From: Mobula hypostoma
Taxonomy: Eukaryota
DNA length: 64,000 nt
NCBI RefSeq assembly: GCF_963921235.1
Contig: NC_086108.1
Coordinates: 47,556,001 to 47,620,000 of the forward strand
Reading direction: 5' to 3'
Below, in pieces: positions 1 through 12,100 of the stretch; positions within the stretch are counted from its first letter, which is position 1, and the number at the start of each line of letters is the position of its first letter. The notes beneath the pieces were generated by a model. It saw nothing but the letters and a program-made list of their open reading frames with translations, was not told where the DNA came from and did no database searches. The position numbers were made by a program, and so were the translations under genes.

Positions 1-303
1 GGTACAGAAGCCTGAAGGCATATGCTCAGTGATTCAGGAACAGCTTCCTCCCCTCTGCCATCTGATTTCTAAATGGACGTCGAATCTTTGGACACTACCT
101 CACTTTTTAAAAAAATATACAGTATTTCTGTTTTTGCACTTTTAAAAAATCTATTCAATATACGTAACTGATTTACTTGTTTATTTATTATTATTTTTTA
201 TTTTATTTTTTTTTCTCTCTGCTAGATTATGTATTGCATTGAACTGCTGCTGCTAAGTTAACAGATTTCACGTCACATGCCAGTGATAATAAACCTGATT
301 CTG
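1..303 (+). mobile_element. 3' end of a Rex1/Babar-like LINE
   Basis: Degenerate C-terminal YRSLK..FRNSFLPSAI.FLN frame and 3' tail gataataaacctgattctga. Confidence 0.6.
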
Positions 304-509
304 AGGAAATGGAAGGATATGGACATTGTGCAGATAAACGGGATTAGGTTATCGGGTATTTAATTACTAGCTTAATTAGTTTGGCACAGTATATTGTTCT
401 ATGTTTGATATCTTACATTTTATAATGACAGCCTTTCCAACCTCACAATTATAAATTGAAATAAAATTAATAAGTCACCATCTTGAATCTTATATATATT
501 TTGCAGTAT

Positions 510-1190
510 TTGCCTTTTTGTTGGCTACATGGAAATGTCCAAGTTCCAAGCCTACAGTAATAACACTTCCCAACTCTTTCTCTGCTACACTGATGACGGC
601 ATTGGTGCTATTTCATGCACCTATGCTGAGCTCGTCAATTTCATCAACTTCTACTTTGCCCTCAAATTTACTTGGTCCATCTCTAACACCTCTCTCCACT
701 TTCCTGATTTCTTTGTATCCATCTCTGGAGAAAAATTAACCACCAATCTTTTTACAAACCCACTGAGACCCACAGTTACCCTGACTATACCTTATCCTAC
801 CCGGTCACTTGTAAAAATGGTATTCCCTTCTCAGTTTCTTCACTGCCTCTGTTTCCATGATGACTCTTTCCATTCCATATCATCTGAGATGTTGTCTTCG
901 AAATCAGAATCATGTGTGGTGAAATTTAACTTTATTCAGACAACAGGGTTTCCCTTCCACCAGTATTGATGCTGCCCTCAGCCATACCTCCTCCATTTCC
1001 TGCATGTCTGACCTCACCCCAGACACCCCCTCCCCAACTTTACAAGGATAGGGCTCCCCCCTTCCTCATCTACATCTCTTCAGGAGCCTTTGCAACCAAC
1101 ACATTATTCTCTGTGACATGCCATTCCCAATGGGATCCCACTACCAAGCACAATTCCCTACCCCACTCTCCGCAGGGATTTCTCTCTCCA
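510..1190 (+). mobile_element. Degenerate Penelope-like element RT fragment
   Basis: [35 protein letters not shown] is homologous to the PLE RT at 46-47 kb; multiple frameshifts. Confidence 0.85.
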
Positions 1191-1729
1191 TGACTATTAG
1201 AAGAGGAGACCCTACAGACAGAGAATGCTTTAGTTATCATCTTTCAAAATTCTATAAATCCTGGAATGGTTCCTTCATATTGGAGGGTCGCTGACTTCTG
1301 TGAGAGGAAAAAATGAGTGAATGTAAGGGAAAAGAATGTGATATTCCAGGGACATAGGAAATAATAATACTGAGCAAAGACGACACAAACGATGACAGAG
1401 AAGTCACTTTGAGGATATATCCAGTGAAATAGGTGAGGGAAAAGTCAGTGGATGTGGAGAGTTTGACTTTTCAGAAGACTTGTCCAGAGGAAGCTGGTGA
1501 ACACAGATGGAAACTGAAACATTTAATATTTTGCAGGTCAATGGGACCAGGCAGATTAATAGCTTGGGATGGATCAGATGGGTTGATGGACCTGTACCTG
1601 TGCAGTAATGCTCTAGGACGATGACTCTGTAACCACTTAGTCCGCCCATCCTGCCCCAGCCTACTTCATCATCTGTCCATACTGATGGACACCTGCCTTT
1701 CCTGACACTTATCCCTGCAACCCAGCTAA

Positions 1730-2376
1730 GTGCTACACCTTCCCAGTGGCCACACATTTCAATTCCACTTCCCATGTCTGTCTATGGCCTCCTCTAGTGT
1801 TACAATGAGGCCAGACGCAGGTTGGAGGAGCAACTCCTCATATTCTGTCTTGGTTGTTTCCAGTGTGACACATGAACGTCATGAATTTTTCTAACTTCCA
1901 GTAATCGTTCCCCTCCGTTCCTCTCCCGCCCCCCACTGTTTTCTCTTATTCTTGTGGTTCTCTTACCCTTTCTCTTTGCCTCCCCTACCCTCATGACCTG
2001 CCCATCATCTCCCACTGGTTCCCCACCTCTCCTCCTTTATTTCATGGTCCACTGAACTCTTCTATCGATCCCTTCTTCTTATTCAGTCTTTTGTCTCTTT
2101 AACCTATCACTTCCTAGATTCTCACATAATTTCCTTTCACCCCCCCCCACACACCTGTCTTCCCCTTCTCACCTACCACCCCCTTGCTTGTGCTCCTGCC
2201 CTCCCCTACCTTTTTATTCTGACTTCTGCTCCCTGCCTTTCCTGTCCTGTTGAAGAGTTTCAGCCCAAAATGTTAACTGTTTATTTCTCTCCATAGCTGC
2301 TGTCTGGCCTGCTGAGTTCCTCCAGTTTTTTGTGTGTGTTACTCATGATTGCCAGCAACTGCAGAATCTCTTGCAA
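1730..2376 (+). mobile_element. Penelope-like element 3' end (end of GIY-YIG, UTR and decayed hammerhead at 2243-2278)
   Basis: Homologous to the reverse complement of 43000-43600; ends in the family terminus gcagaatctcttg. Confidence 0.8.
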
Positions 2377-3062
2377 CTTCTAACCTGTTGTTATAAGACT
2401 ACTGATCGGTCCTTTAGTATGATAAGATGGACTCTTCCACGTTAAGGCCTTTGACTTTACTGCCCACCTGCACTGCACTTTCCCTTTAACTGCAACAATT
2501 TATTCCATATTCTGAATTTGTTGCAATGAACTCATCTGTATAGACAAGACTGTCCACTAAACTTCAGTACACGTGACGATAATAAATTTACTTAGGTATA
2601 ATGAACGACGGGGCAATGACTAATCTTAGCTTATCTATTCAAGAAAAGGAAGCCACACCACTCCATTTAAGTGGTCCAGTGCTTTCCCCACACCACTGGT
2701 CATATGGTGTAGAAATGCTAAAATCCTTCTTGACATCATTCAAAATTATAATCTCTCAGTACTCCTGTCTATTTTATTCTAAATGATGTTTGCTGTTCCA
2801 TACAGCATAGTATTATAACCATAATCCATGAGAGCTAAGGAGTCTCAGTATGTTTTATAAAACGTTGTAGCTCAGTTCTCTGATACTAGAGATCAATCTC
2901 AATTTTTGTGTTTAGACTGAATCCAGGATTTCTGTATGTCTTTTTAGCAAGATAACCCAAATTTCATAATATTCAGAGCATGAAATAAATGGAGAAGCAG
3001 ATGATGTATGCCATTAGCATCATCTTGTCATGGAAATCTTACTCGATAAAATGATTTCTTAC

Positions 3063-3146
3063 CTTGTCCAGAAAATGATGTTGAACTTGTCTCCTCAGCT
3101 CCAGATTTATGAGAGGTCAAGGTTTTAATAACAACTCCACTTTCCT
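3063..3146 (-). CDS. TRMT1L: TRMT1L exon ([29 protein letters not shown])
   Basis: 84 bp; acceptor tttttgcccacag, donor gtaaga; phase 1 to 1; corresponds to human EENGVFIKT...AQG. Confidence 0.88.
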
Positions 3147-6100
3147 CTGTGGGCAAAAAACACAATGGGAGTCAACGACTTGTTTTAAAACCATTTTTGT
3201 CACATATTTCTCCTATATTAATAGGCTTACCACCTTGGTGCCCACTGGGGGTTGCATAGTGTGACATCCCCTAACTGATCAAATCTGCTGCACTAACCAA
3301 ACAGCTTAAACTGATTAGGCACATATGATTTCTAGTCATTGTTAGATAAGTGGCAGCCAATTTGCACACACCAATTTCCACAAACAGTAATGTGATGATG
3401 ACCAGATAAACAATTACTTTGTATTGTATCATGGATAAATAACTGGTATACTGGGGATAACGGCCCTGTTTTAGAATGATGGATTTTCTTATACCCCCCT
3501 TCCATTAAACACCAAAGGTCCTTAATGTGAAAAGTAAGATATCCGAGAGCCCGGCATTCTGTCTGTACACAGCTGGCACTTTGATACAGACTTCTATGCT
3601 CACCTTTTGAGCAGGGCTTTTACCTCAGGAGCAGGAATTCTACCAACTGAACCATGACCAAAAAAGTGTCGTAAAGAGTGGAGCACCAAACAGAACCCTC
3701 GCACTGTACAATGCCATTGCCAGATCTCATACGACTAGTAAGTTCATAGCATTATGACACTGAAAAAAAAGTCCTTCCTCATTGTTGTGTGTATGCTGGC
3801 GATCTTCAATTGCCATGATAAAAATGGACAGCCTATTTGACCATATTAATTTTATTGGCATTAATAAAATCTCCATACCTGCCTTACAGAGCAAATGATT
3901 AACTTTAGGAAGAAAGTTAAAATTTGACACAATGGATTTCAGAGGACCTATGTCTCTTGCACACAGGTCACTGAAAGTCAACATGCAGGTTCAGCAAACA
4001 ATTTGGAAACCAAGCTATATGTTGCTCTTTACTACATGAGGATTCAAGTAGCATTATACCAGCGCCTTGTTCCAGTTATATAAACTTGTGGAAAGTGGTG
4101 TATGGGTCCATTCAAAGAGAAATATGCTTGTAATAAAAGGACTGCAGACTGATTCCTGGAAATGGCAGGTTTGTTGAGCAAGAACAGATTAAGCAGACTA
4201 GCAACAATAGATACCTTGAGTTTAGAGGAATGAGTGGCAACCTCATTGAAACACTAAAAAAAACATGAGGCACAGAGTTGATATTTTCCAGGGCTGGCAT
4301 GTCTAGAACTGAAATAAGGCCTCAAGATTCTGGACTGATGAGCATAAATATCTTGAGAAGATATTGAATCTTTGAAATTCTCTATTTCACGGGGCTGTGG
4401 AAGCTTACTTGCTGAATATATTTGGAATAGAAATTGATTGTTCTTTAGATAAAGGAAATCGGGGCTATGGGGGTCAGTTGACTAGATGGCACGGGGGTAA
4501 TAGATCAACCATGATATTACTGAATAGCAGAACAAGCCAGACGTCTCTCCTATTTCTTGTGCTCTTGTATAAACTAAAATGGCTATGGAATAATGGTCAA
4601 TTCAGCATCCAGCCTGGCTGTACACTGAGGAAGGCATCAAAGAAAAAAATATACTCTATGCCTGAATTGGCACCATTATAATATCCTTTATTTCTTTGAG
4701 GGTCAACATAACCCTAAACAAGAAATAATTTTTGAGGATGATTTCAAAATGTAAAGGCAAACTCGGACTGAGTCTTCTATTAGAGTCCCCCCTTCTCCAG
4801 CCCTGTATCACTTTCACCAATCAGCTTCCCAGCTCCCTACTTCATCCCTCCCCCTCCCAGTTTCACCTATCACCTTGTGTTTTTCTCTCCCCTTCCCACA
4901 ACTTTACATACAACTACATATCTTTTTCTCTTAGCCCTGCCGAAGGGTCTCAGGCCGAAACGTCGACTGCATTTCTGCCCCCATAGATGTTGCCTGACCC
5001 GCTGAGTTCCTCCAGCATTTTGTGTGTGTTGCAACATCTCTGGAGTTAGCAGAGGGATATGCTGCTTATTTCTGGATGTTCTAATTGTATGATGGAATCT
5101 TTTATAACAAGATGTTTCTTTAGAAAGCCAGTATCTGCAACAATGAAGCTGTTTCATTGTACTGTTGAAGTGTCTCTTTTAGACCACGTGCCCAAAAACC
5201 TGCAGTTGGTTTGAACCTGGAAGATGTTGTAAAAGAATCACCTTGCCGCGGCAGAACTGCGATAGAACAGGTGTTGGTCTGGCAATAGCTGAGCTAAAAC
5301 AAGGCTAGACGTTTCCCATAAAAAAAGGAAGAAAGGATTATATCGATACAAAATCTAAAAATATATGTGACATTGAGTAAAATTAAACTGGAAGAAAAAA
5401 TATACCATCAAATGCATCAAGAAAATGAAAGGAATGTATAATTTCTCATTTAAATTCTATCTCAAATTCTATGCTGATATTGGGATTGGTAAAATGAAAC
5501 TTTTAGGGTATCATGTAGTGTAAGATATTAAATAAGGCTGTCACTGACCTTTGTGCTATTTATACACAATGGGAAGGCCAATATAGAAGTAATTCTGAAC
5601 TCAAAGACAATTTTGGAAAAAAGAACGATTTATTCATGATACTAGTGTTCAAACAATGGTGATTTTTAAAAAAATCCATTTGCTAAATACTGTGATAAGT
5701 TTAGTCTTTAAATCACTGTGACTCATTGGTTGGTTTGGTTCTTAGCTCATCAATCAAATTTAGGATATATTGTTTTTTCAGCGTTCATTGTCTTTCTTTG
5801 CTAGCAGTGGTATAGATAACTAATCCACTCAATTGGGCTGATAGATTATCGCACTCACACTGAATGATTCATGTTTTCAAACAATCATTGCAATATCAGT
5901 ACACTCTGCACTTTGCCAGCCTAGATTCTCTAGATTCAAAACGGAAAGGAGATCGATGAGAAATACAGTTTTAGCAAAGTAAATTATGCTCGTCCCTGCA
6001 ATATTTGTTCTTTCCTGGTGAAGAGCTGGAGTTTGGTCCAAAAGCCCCTTTCAATTTCTGCTATGAATAAAATTGACAATTTCTCATTGACTGAGCTTAG

Positions 6101-9100
6101 AAAAGCCACTGTTGCCTTGCTCCATGGTAGCCATGGTACACAACCCAATCTTGCTTTACCCCCAAAAAAACAAGAACTTGTAATTTTTGTTTGAAGTGCA
6201 TTAATGCCAGATGTGGTTTTGTAAATAATGCCTTGGCTAACATTATCTAACATATCAGAAATCAGCCTTCAAGCCTGTGCAGTTTACTAATGCACTCTTT
6301 TATGAACTAAACCTCACTTTAATAACTTTATCTGGCAGTGATGGCAACTTTTTCTAGCAGGAGCCTGTAAATTGCTTTATAAATCCACTTTCAAAATCAT
6401 TACTAAAATTGCAGCCGTGAGCAAACCGACCTTGACTGCTGTGACTCATTGGCCCAAATATTGAATGATGCTTCAGTGTCGTGCATTCAGATTCACAGAT
6501 AAGGTTCTTTAGCAGAGGCTGAATGTCTTCTATTCCATGTTGGACAGCTTCGAACAGCATTCTCCGCAAGAAGCCCGTGTTAAACAATGACCCTGACCTT
6601 AAAGTTGAATAGAAGTCAAGAAACTGAAGTTACATTAGTGAGTACGATTTCTTTTGCTTTGAAGACAATAACAGTACACAATTTAGGTCGAGCAGACTAA
6701 CTTAAACAATAAGATGTATTAAATTTGTACAGACATTAGGATCAAGCAACTCAGCAGATAAATACTGAAAGAAATTGTAATAGAGAAGTAATGGAACAGT
6801 ATGTCTTTGAGTTTAGTTAGCCACAACTGAGTTAAAGAATATAGACCTCACTGGACAGCAACACATGATTTTGAAAATTGCATAAAAGTTCTATTGTTGT
6901 TCGTCATCTATCAACGCATCTCTAACTTATATGTTTGTATGGTGTAGAAACAATAGTTTAAAATAAGTCCTGTGTTTCTCTCTTCAGGTCTTCATAAGCC
7001 ATGTAGAAATAGAAGGTGAAAGGAGAGTTTCAAATTGACACAATGCAAAGTGAGAGATAATACTGCCCATAAATAGGTGAACGCTCAGCTGTAACTTGGC
7101 AGCGCTGCAACAAAAGACCACAATGAATTGAAAATAAGTGTTTTAACAGTACAGTGTGATTATTTCTGATTGGAAGAAGACAATTTATTACTTTTACTTG
7201 TAAGATAAATATGTATGCATACTTTGCCAACCAATAAACTAAACAATATCACCTAACAACAGACACCATAATACTCTTCTCCAGCTGGCTTGATAAGCAT
7301 TTCCAATATTTTTATTTCAATTTTCCACCAGCTGCAGGGCCACTGACAATGACTGGTAGCAGTCCAACCCATCTCGTGATCAAAATAATTAACCCAGGAC
7401 CCAAAAAAATTGTCTGACTTCAATCTGCACTTAGATATTAAATTTATTTTCCACCAATGCCAATAAAGATCGAAATACTGAAGACCCAGCATCTTCATTG
7501 CAACAATTGCTTTTCATAAGCTACCCTGTGCTGTTGGTTACAAAAGAAACATGCACATATACCATGTTTAGATCCTCTTTTCAGAAAAAAGGACATGCCA
7601 GCACCCAATCATACCATAGAAAAGAGTGTATGTGAATAACATATGATTAATTATTCACTGTTGATCCAGAGTGCAGCTTTAAATTTTAAGCACTTAGTAA
7701 ACCCATAATATTTTTGCACATTGAAAAAAATCTTATGCTTAGCAGTGCTACCAACCAGAATATGAAACATACATTGCCTTTATTTTAAATGCCAAATATT
7801 GGCAACCAAGAGGCAAAGAATCACGAGGTTTTGATATAATCCTATAGTAGCTGTGGAACTGTATTTTACTTGTAGTAATAAAATGGCATTTTGACTGTAG
7901 CCAAATGGAACCTGCAGTGTATCAGAGTGCTTTGCTAATAGCATACGTGCAATGTTATGCAATGAACCAGGGTACAAATTGCAGAAAGACAAGTGCATTC
8001 GGTTACTGGAAGGATGCTACATACACTGATTAAGCAGATGAACAGAATGCACTCTGTCCTAGAACTGAGCCAACACTTGTGTATAAAGAAGTGACTATGC
8101 TGTCTGCTTTTTCAAAGATATCACTGGCTCTTGTGTGGTGCTAGTCTTCCCTTGCAGCAAGTAAAAAGAACACACTTATGATTGATCCACTTGAGTTAAT
8201 TGTTGTTTTTACAAGAGGTAGTGAAAGGGTGCTTGACAGAACTCAGAGGTCCCACTGAGATCACATGTTTAGGAGTGGGAGCAGACCAAGAGGGATTCTG
8301 GTGACTGAATGCTCCTGGGGAGACTCCGTGGAGGAATGAACATGAAAATGTTTGCTTTCTGCTCTGTGTGGCAAATACCGGGTTCTGCCCTACTCCTGTT
8401 CTATACTCCGCGATCTGTGGTACCGTCTATTGAATGGATCAGTTTCTCTCACCGCGATTCCAATATTTTCAGCAAGGCATCCAGAAACATACGGGTATCA
8501 ATGATTAGATTTGACCAGTAAGGGTGTCAGGAACATTCCCGGCGTCAGTGATGCACGAAATCTGTACGATAAGAGTGGAAGGAACACTCAAAATCTGGCA
8601 GTAAGGACACATTGATAAAAAGAGTAAGAGTGGGATCTGTGGAATTTGAGCTTATAAATTTAATCCCTACAGCACACTGTAGTGAATAAAAGAAAGAGAA
8701 ACTACAGTAAGTACGGTGAGGAAGAGAGATTAGAAATTGGTAATAACATAAAAGCCAAAGAAAGGGCATACAATACAGCAAAAATTAGTGGGCAGTTAGA
8801 GGATTAGAAAACTTCAAAAAAACCAACAGAAGAGTATCATGAACAAAGCAGATGAGCTTAGAGCATGGATCAGTACTTGGAGTTATGATGTTGTGGCCAT
8901 TACAGAGACTTAGATGGCTCAGGGGCAGGAATGGTTACTGAAGAGTGCCAGGCTTTAGATGTTTCAGAAGGGACAGGGAGGGAGGCAAAAGAGGTGGGGG
9001 CGTGGCACTGCTGATCAGAGATAGTGTCACGGCTGCAGAAAAGGAGGAAGTCATGGAGGGATTGTCTTCTGAGTCTCTGTGGGTGGAAGTTAGGAACAGG

Positions 9101-12100
9101 AAGGGGTCAATAACTCTACTGGGTGCTTTTTTATAGACCACAAATATAGTAACAGGGACATCCAGGAGCAGATAGGGAGAAAGATTCTGGAAAAGTGTAA
9201 TAATAACAGGGTTGTCGTGGTGGGAGATTTTAATTTCCCAAATATTGATTGGCATCTCCCTAGAGCAAGGGGCTTAGATGGGGTGGAGTTTGTTAGGTGT
9301 GTTCAGGAAGGTTTCCTGGCACAATATGTAGATAAACCTACAAGAGGAGAGGCTGTACTTGATCCGTATTGGGAAATGAACCTGGTCAGGAGTCCGGTCT
9401 CTCAGTGGGAGAGAATTTTGGAAATAGTGATCACAATTCTCTCTCCTTTACCACAGCATTGGAGAGGGATAGGAACAGACAAGTTAGCAGGAAGGAGCTT
9501 AAGAATGAAATTAGGAAAGCCAGAAGGGGCCATGAGAAGGCCTTGGCAAGCAGGATTAAGGAAGACCCCAAGGCATTCTACAAGTAAGACGTGAGAGAAT
9601 AGGACCAATCAACCATCACAGTGGAAAAGTGTGTGTGGAACCGGAGGAGATAGCAGACGTACTTAATGAATACTTTGCCTCAGTATTCACTACGGAAAAG
9701 GATCTTGGCGATTGTAGGGATGACTTACAGTGAACTAAAAGGCTTGAGCATACAGACATTAAGAAAGAGGATGTGCTGGAGCTTTTGGAGAGCATCAAGT
9801 TGGGTAAGTCACCGGGACTGGACAAGATGTAACCCAGGCTATGGTGGGAGGCAATGAATTTTGCATCATCAATGGAGACGGGAGAGGTTCCGGAGGATTG
9901 AAAGGTTGCATATATTGCTCCCTTATTCAGGAAAGGGAGTAGAGGGAGCCCAGGAAATTATAGACCAGTGAGTCTTACTTCAGTGGTTGGTAAGTTGATG
10001 GAAAAGATCTTGAGAGGCCGTATTTATAAACACTTGGAGAGGCATAATATGATTAGGAACAGTCAGCATGTCTTTGTCAAAGGCAGGTTGTGCCTTATGA
10101 GCCTGATTGAAATTTTTTGAGGATGTGACTAAACACATTGATGAAGACAGAACAGTATATGGATTTCAGCAAGGCATCTGATAAGGTACCCAATGCGAGA
10201 CTTATTGAGAGAGTAAGGAGGCATGGGATCCAAGGGGACCCTGCTTTGTGGATCCAGAATTGGCTTGCCCACAGAAGGCAAAGAGTGACTGTAGATGGGT
10301 CATATTCTGCATGGAGGTCAGAGACAAGTGGTGTGACTCAGGGATCTGTTCTGGGTCCCCTTTTCTTTGTGCTTTTTATAAAAGACCTGGATGAGGAAGT
10401 GGAGGGATGGGTTAGTAAATTTGCTGATGGCACAAAGGTTGGGGGTGTTGTGGATAGTGTGGAGGGCTGTCAGAGGTTACAGTGGGTCATCATTAGGATG
10501 CAAAACTGGGTTGAGAAGTGGCAGGTGCAGTTCAACCCAGTTAAGTGTGAGGTGGTTCATTTTGGTAGGTCAAATATGATGGCAGAATATAGTATTAATG
10601 GTAAGACACTTGGCAGTGTGGAGGATCAGAGAGATCTTGGGGTCCGAGTCCATAGTACACTCAAAGCTGCTGCACAGGTTGACTCTGTAGATAAGAAGGC
10701 ATACGGTGCATTGGCCTTCATCAATCATGGGATTGAGTTTAAGAGCCGAGAGGTAATACTGCAGCTATATAGGACCCTGGTCAGACCCCACTTGGAGTAC
10801 TGTGCTCAGTTCTGGTCACCTCACTAAAAGAAGGATGTGGAAACTATAGAAAGGGTGCAGAGGAGATTTACAAGGATGTTGCCTGGATTGGGAAGCATGC
10901 CTTATGAGAATAGGTTGAGTGAAATCGGCCTTTTCTCCTTGCAGCGACGGAGGATGAGAGGTGACCTGATAGAAGTGTATAAGATGATGAGAGGCATTGA
11001 TCATGTGGATAGTCAGACGCTTTCTCCCAGGGCTGAAATGGCAAATATGATAGGGCACAGTTTAAGGTGCTTGGAAGTAGGTACAGAGGAGATGTCAGGG
11101 TTAAGTTGTTTTTTTTTTAACCCTGAGAGTGGTGAGTGCGTGGAATGGGCTGAGATCAGCGACGGTGGTGGAGGCGGATACGAAAGGATATGGGACAGTG
11201 AGATTGTCCCAGGAATTGATTAATATGGCATTGGCTTGTGGAATGAAACCACATATGCCTTTGATCAAACCCAACAAGCATTAGCAAGTTGTTGGCAGAA
11301 CTGATGGCTGTTTGTACAGTAGCATTACAAAACAGAATGGCTTTGAATTGTATTCTATCAGAAAAAGGGGGCACTTGTGTTGCTGTACTTACATACTTGA
11401 CGAATCAGAAAATATAACTCATTTGGCAAATCACATCCCAGAAGCTACCAAAGAGATGAGGAATGTAGAGGATCAGTATCACAACTATTACACTCCAGGA
11501 GGTGGCTGGTGGCCATTCGGGGTGCCAGGAGAATGGGGGGCAACTATTCTGTATTCATAAAAAAATGGCTGTTATTCTTTTATGATTTTTGTGTGAAATA
11601 ACAGGATGAAAGGGAGGACATTAACGAAAGGAATGGATACTTGTTGAAGTGGACAGATGAAAAGGGAATTTTGGGGTTAGGCTTTGAAAATGCATCATTG
11701 CTTTATGTACTTATACAGTATATGCATATTTCAATTACTGTATTTACTGAAATGCAGTATTATCATGAAATGATAAAAAGGAGGGAATGTGAAAATATAC
11801 TTGTACTAACAAAACAGGATTTTTGTCTGTAACAAAATGGAACCTGAATTAATGACAAACTGCAGAAAGACAAGTGGATTCAGTTACAGGAAGAATGCCA
11901 CGAACACTGATTAAGCAGATAAACAGAATGCACCCTGTCTTTGAACAGAGCCTTGTATACAAAGGAGTGACTATGCTGTCTGTTTTCTCGAAGCTATCAC
12001 TGGCTCTTGTGTAGTGCTAGTCTTCCCTTGCTGCAAGTAAAATAAATGGGCTTATGATTGATCCACTCTGAGTTAATTGTTGTTTGTTATAAAATATAGC

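Noticed and set aside
5160..5320. Relatively GC-rich unique intronic stretch as a possible extra TRMT1L exon or snoRNA
   Set aside because: The flanking exons already join in frame and match the known protein; I saw no convincing splice pair or C/D or H/ACA layout.
11606..11620. Alternative PPT gaaagggagga for the ERV
   Set aside because: Homology to the 5' LTR starts only at 11788, directly after aaaaaggagggaa.
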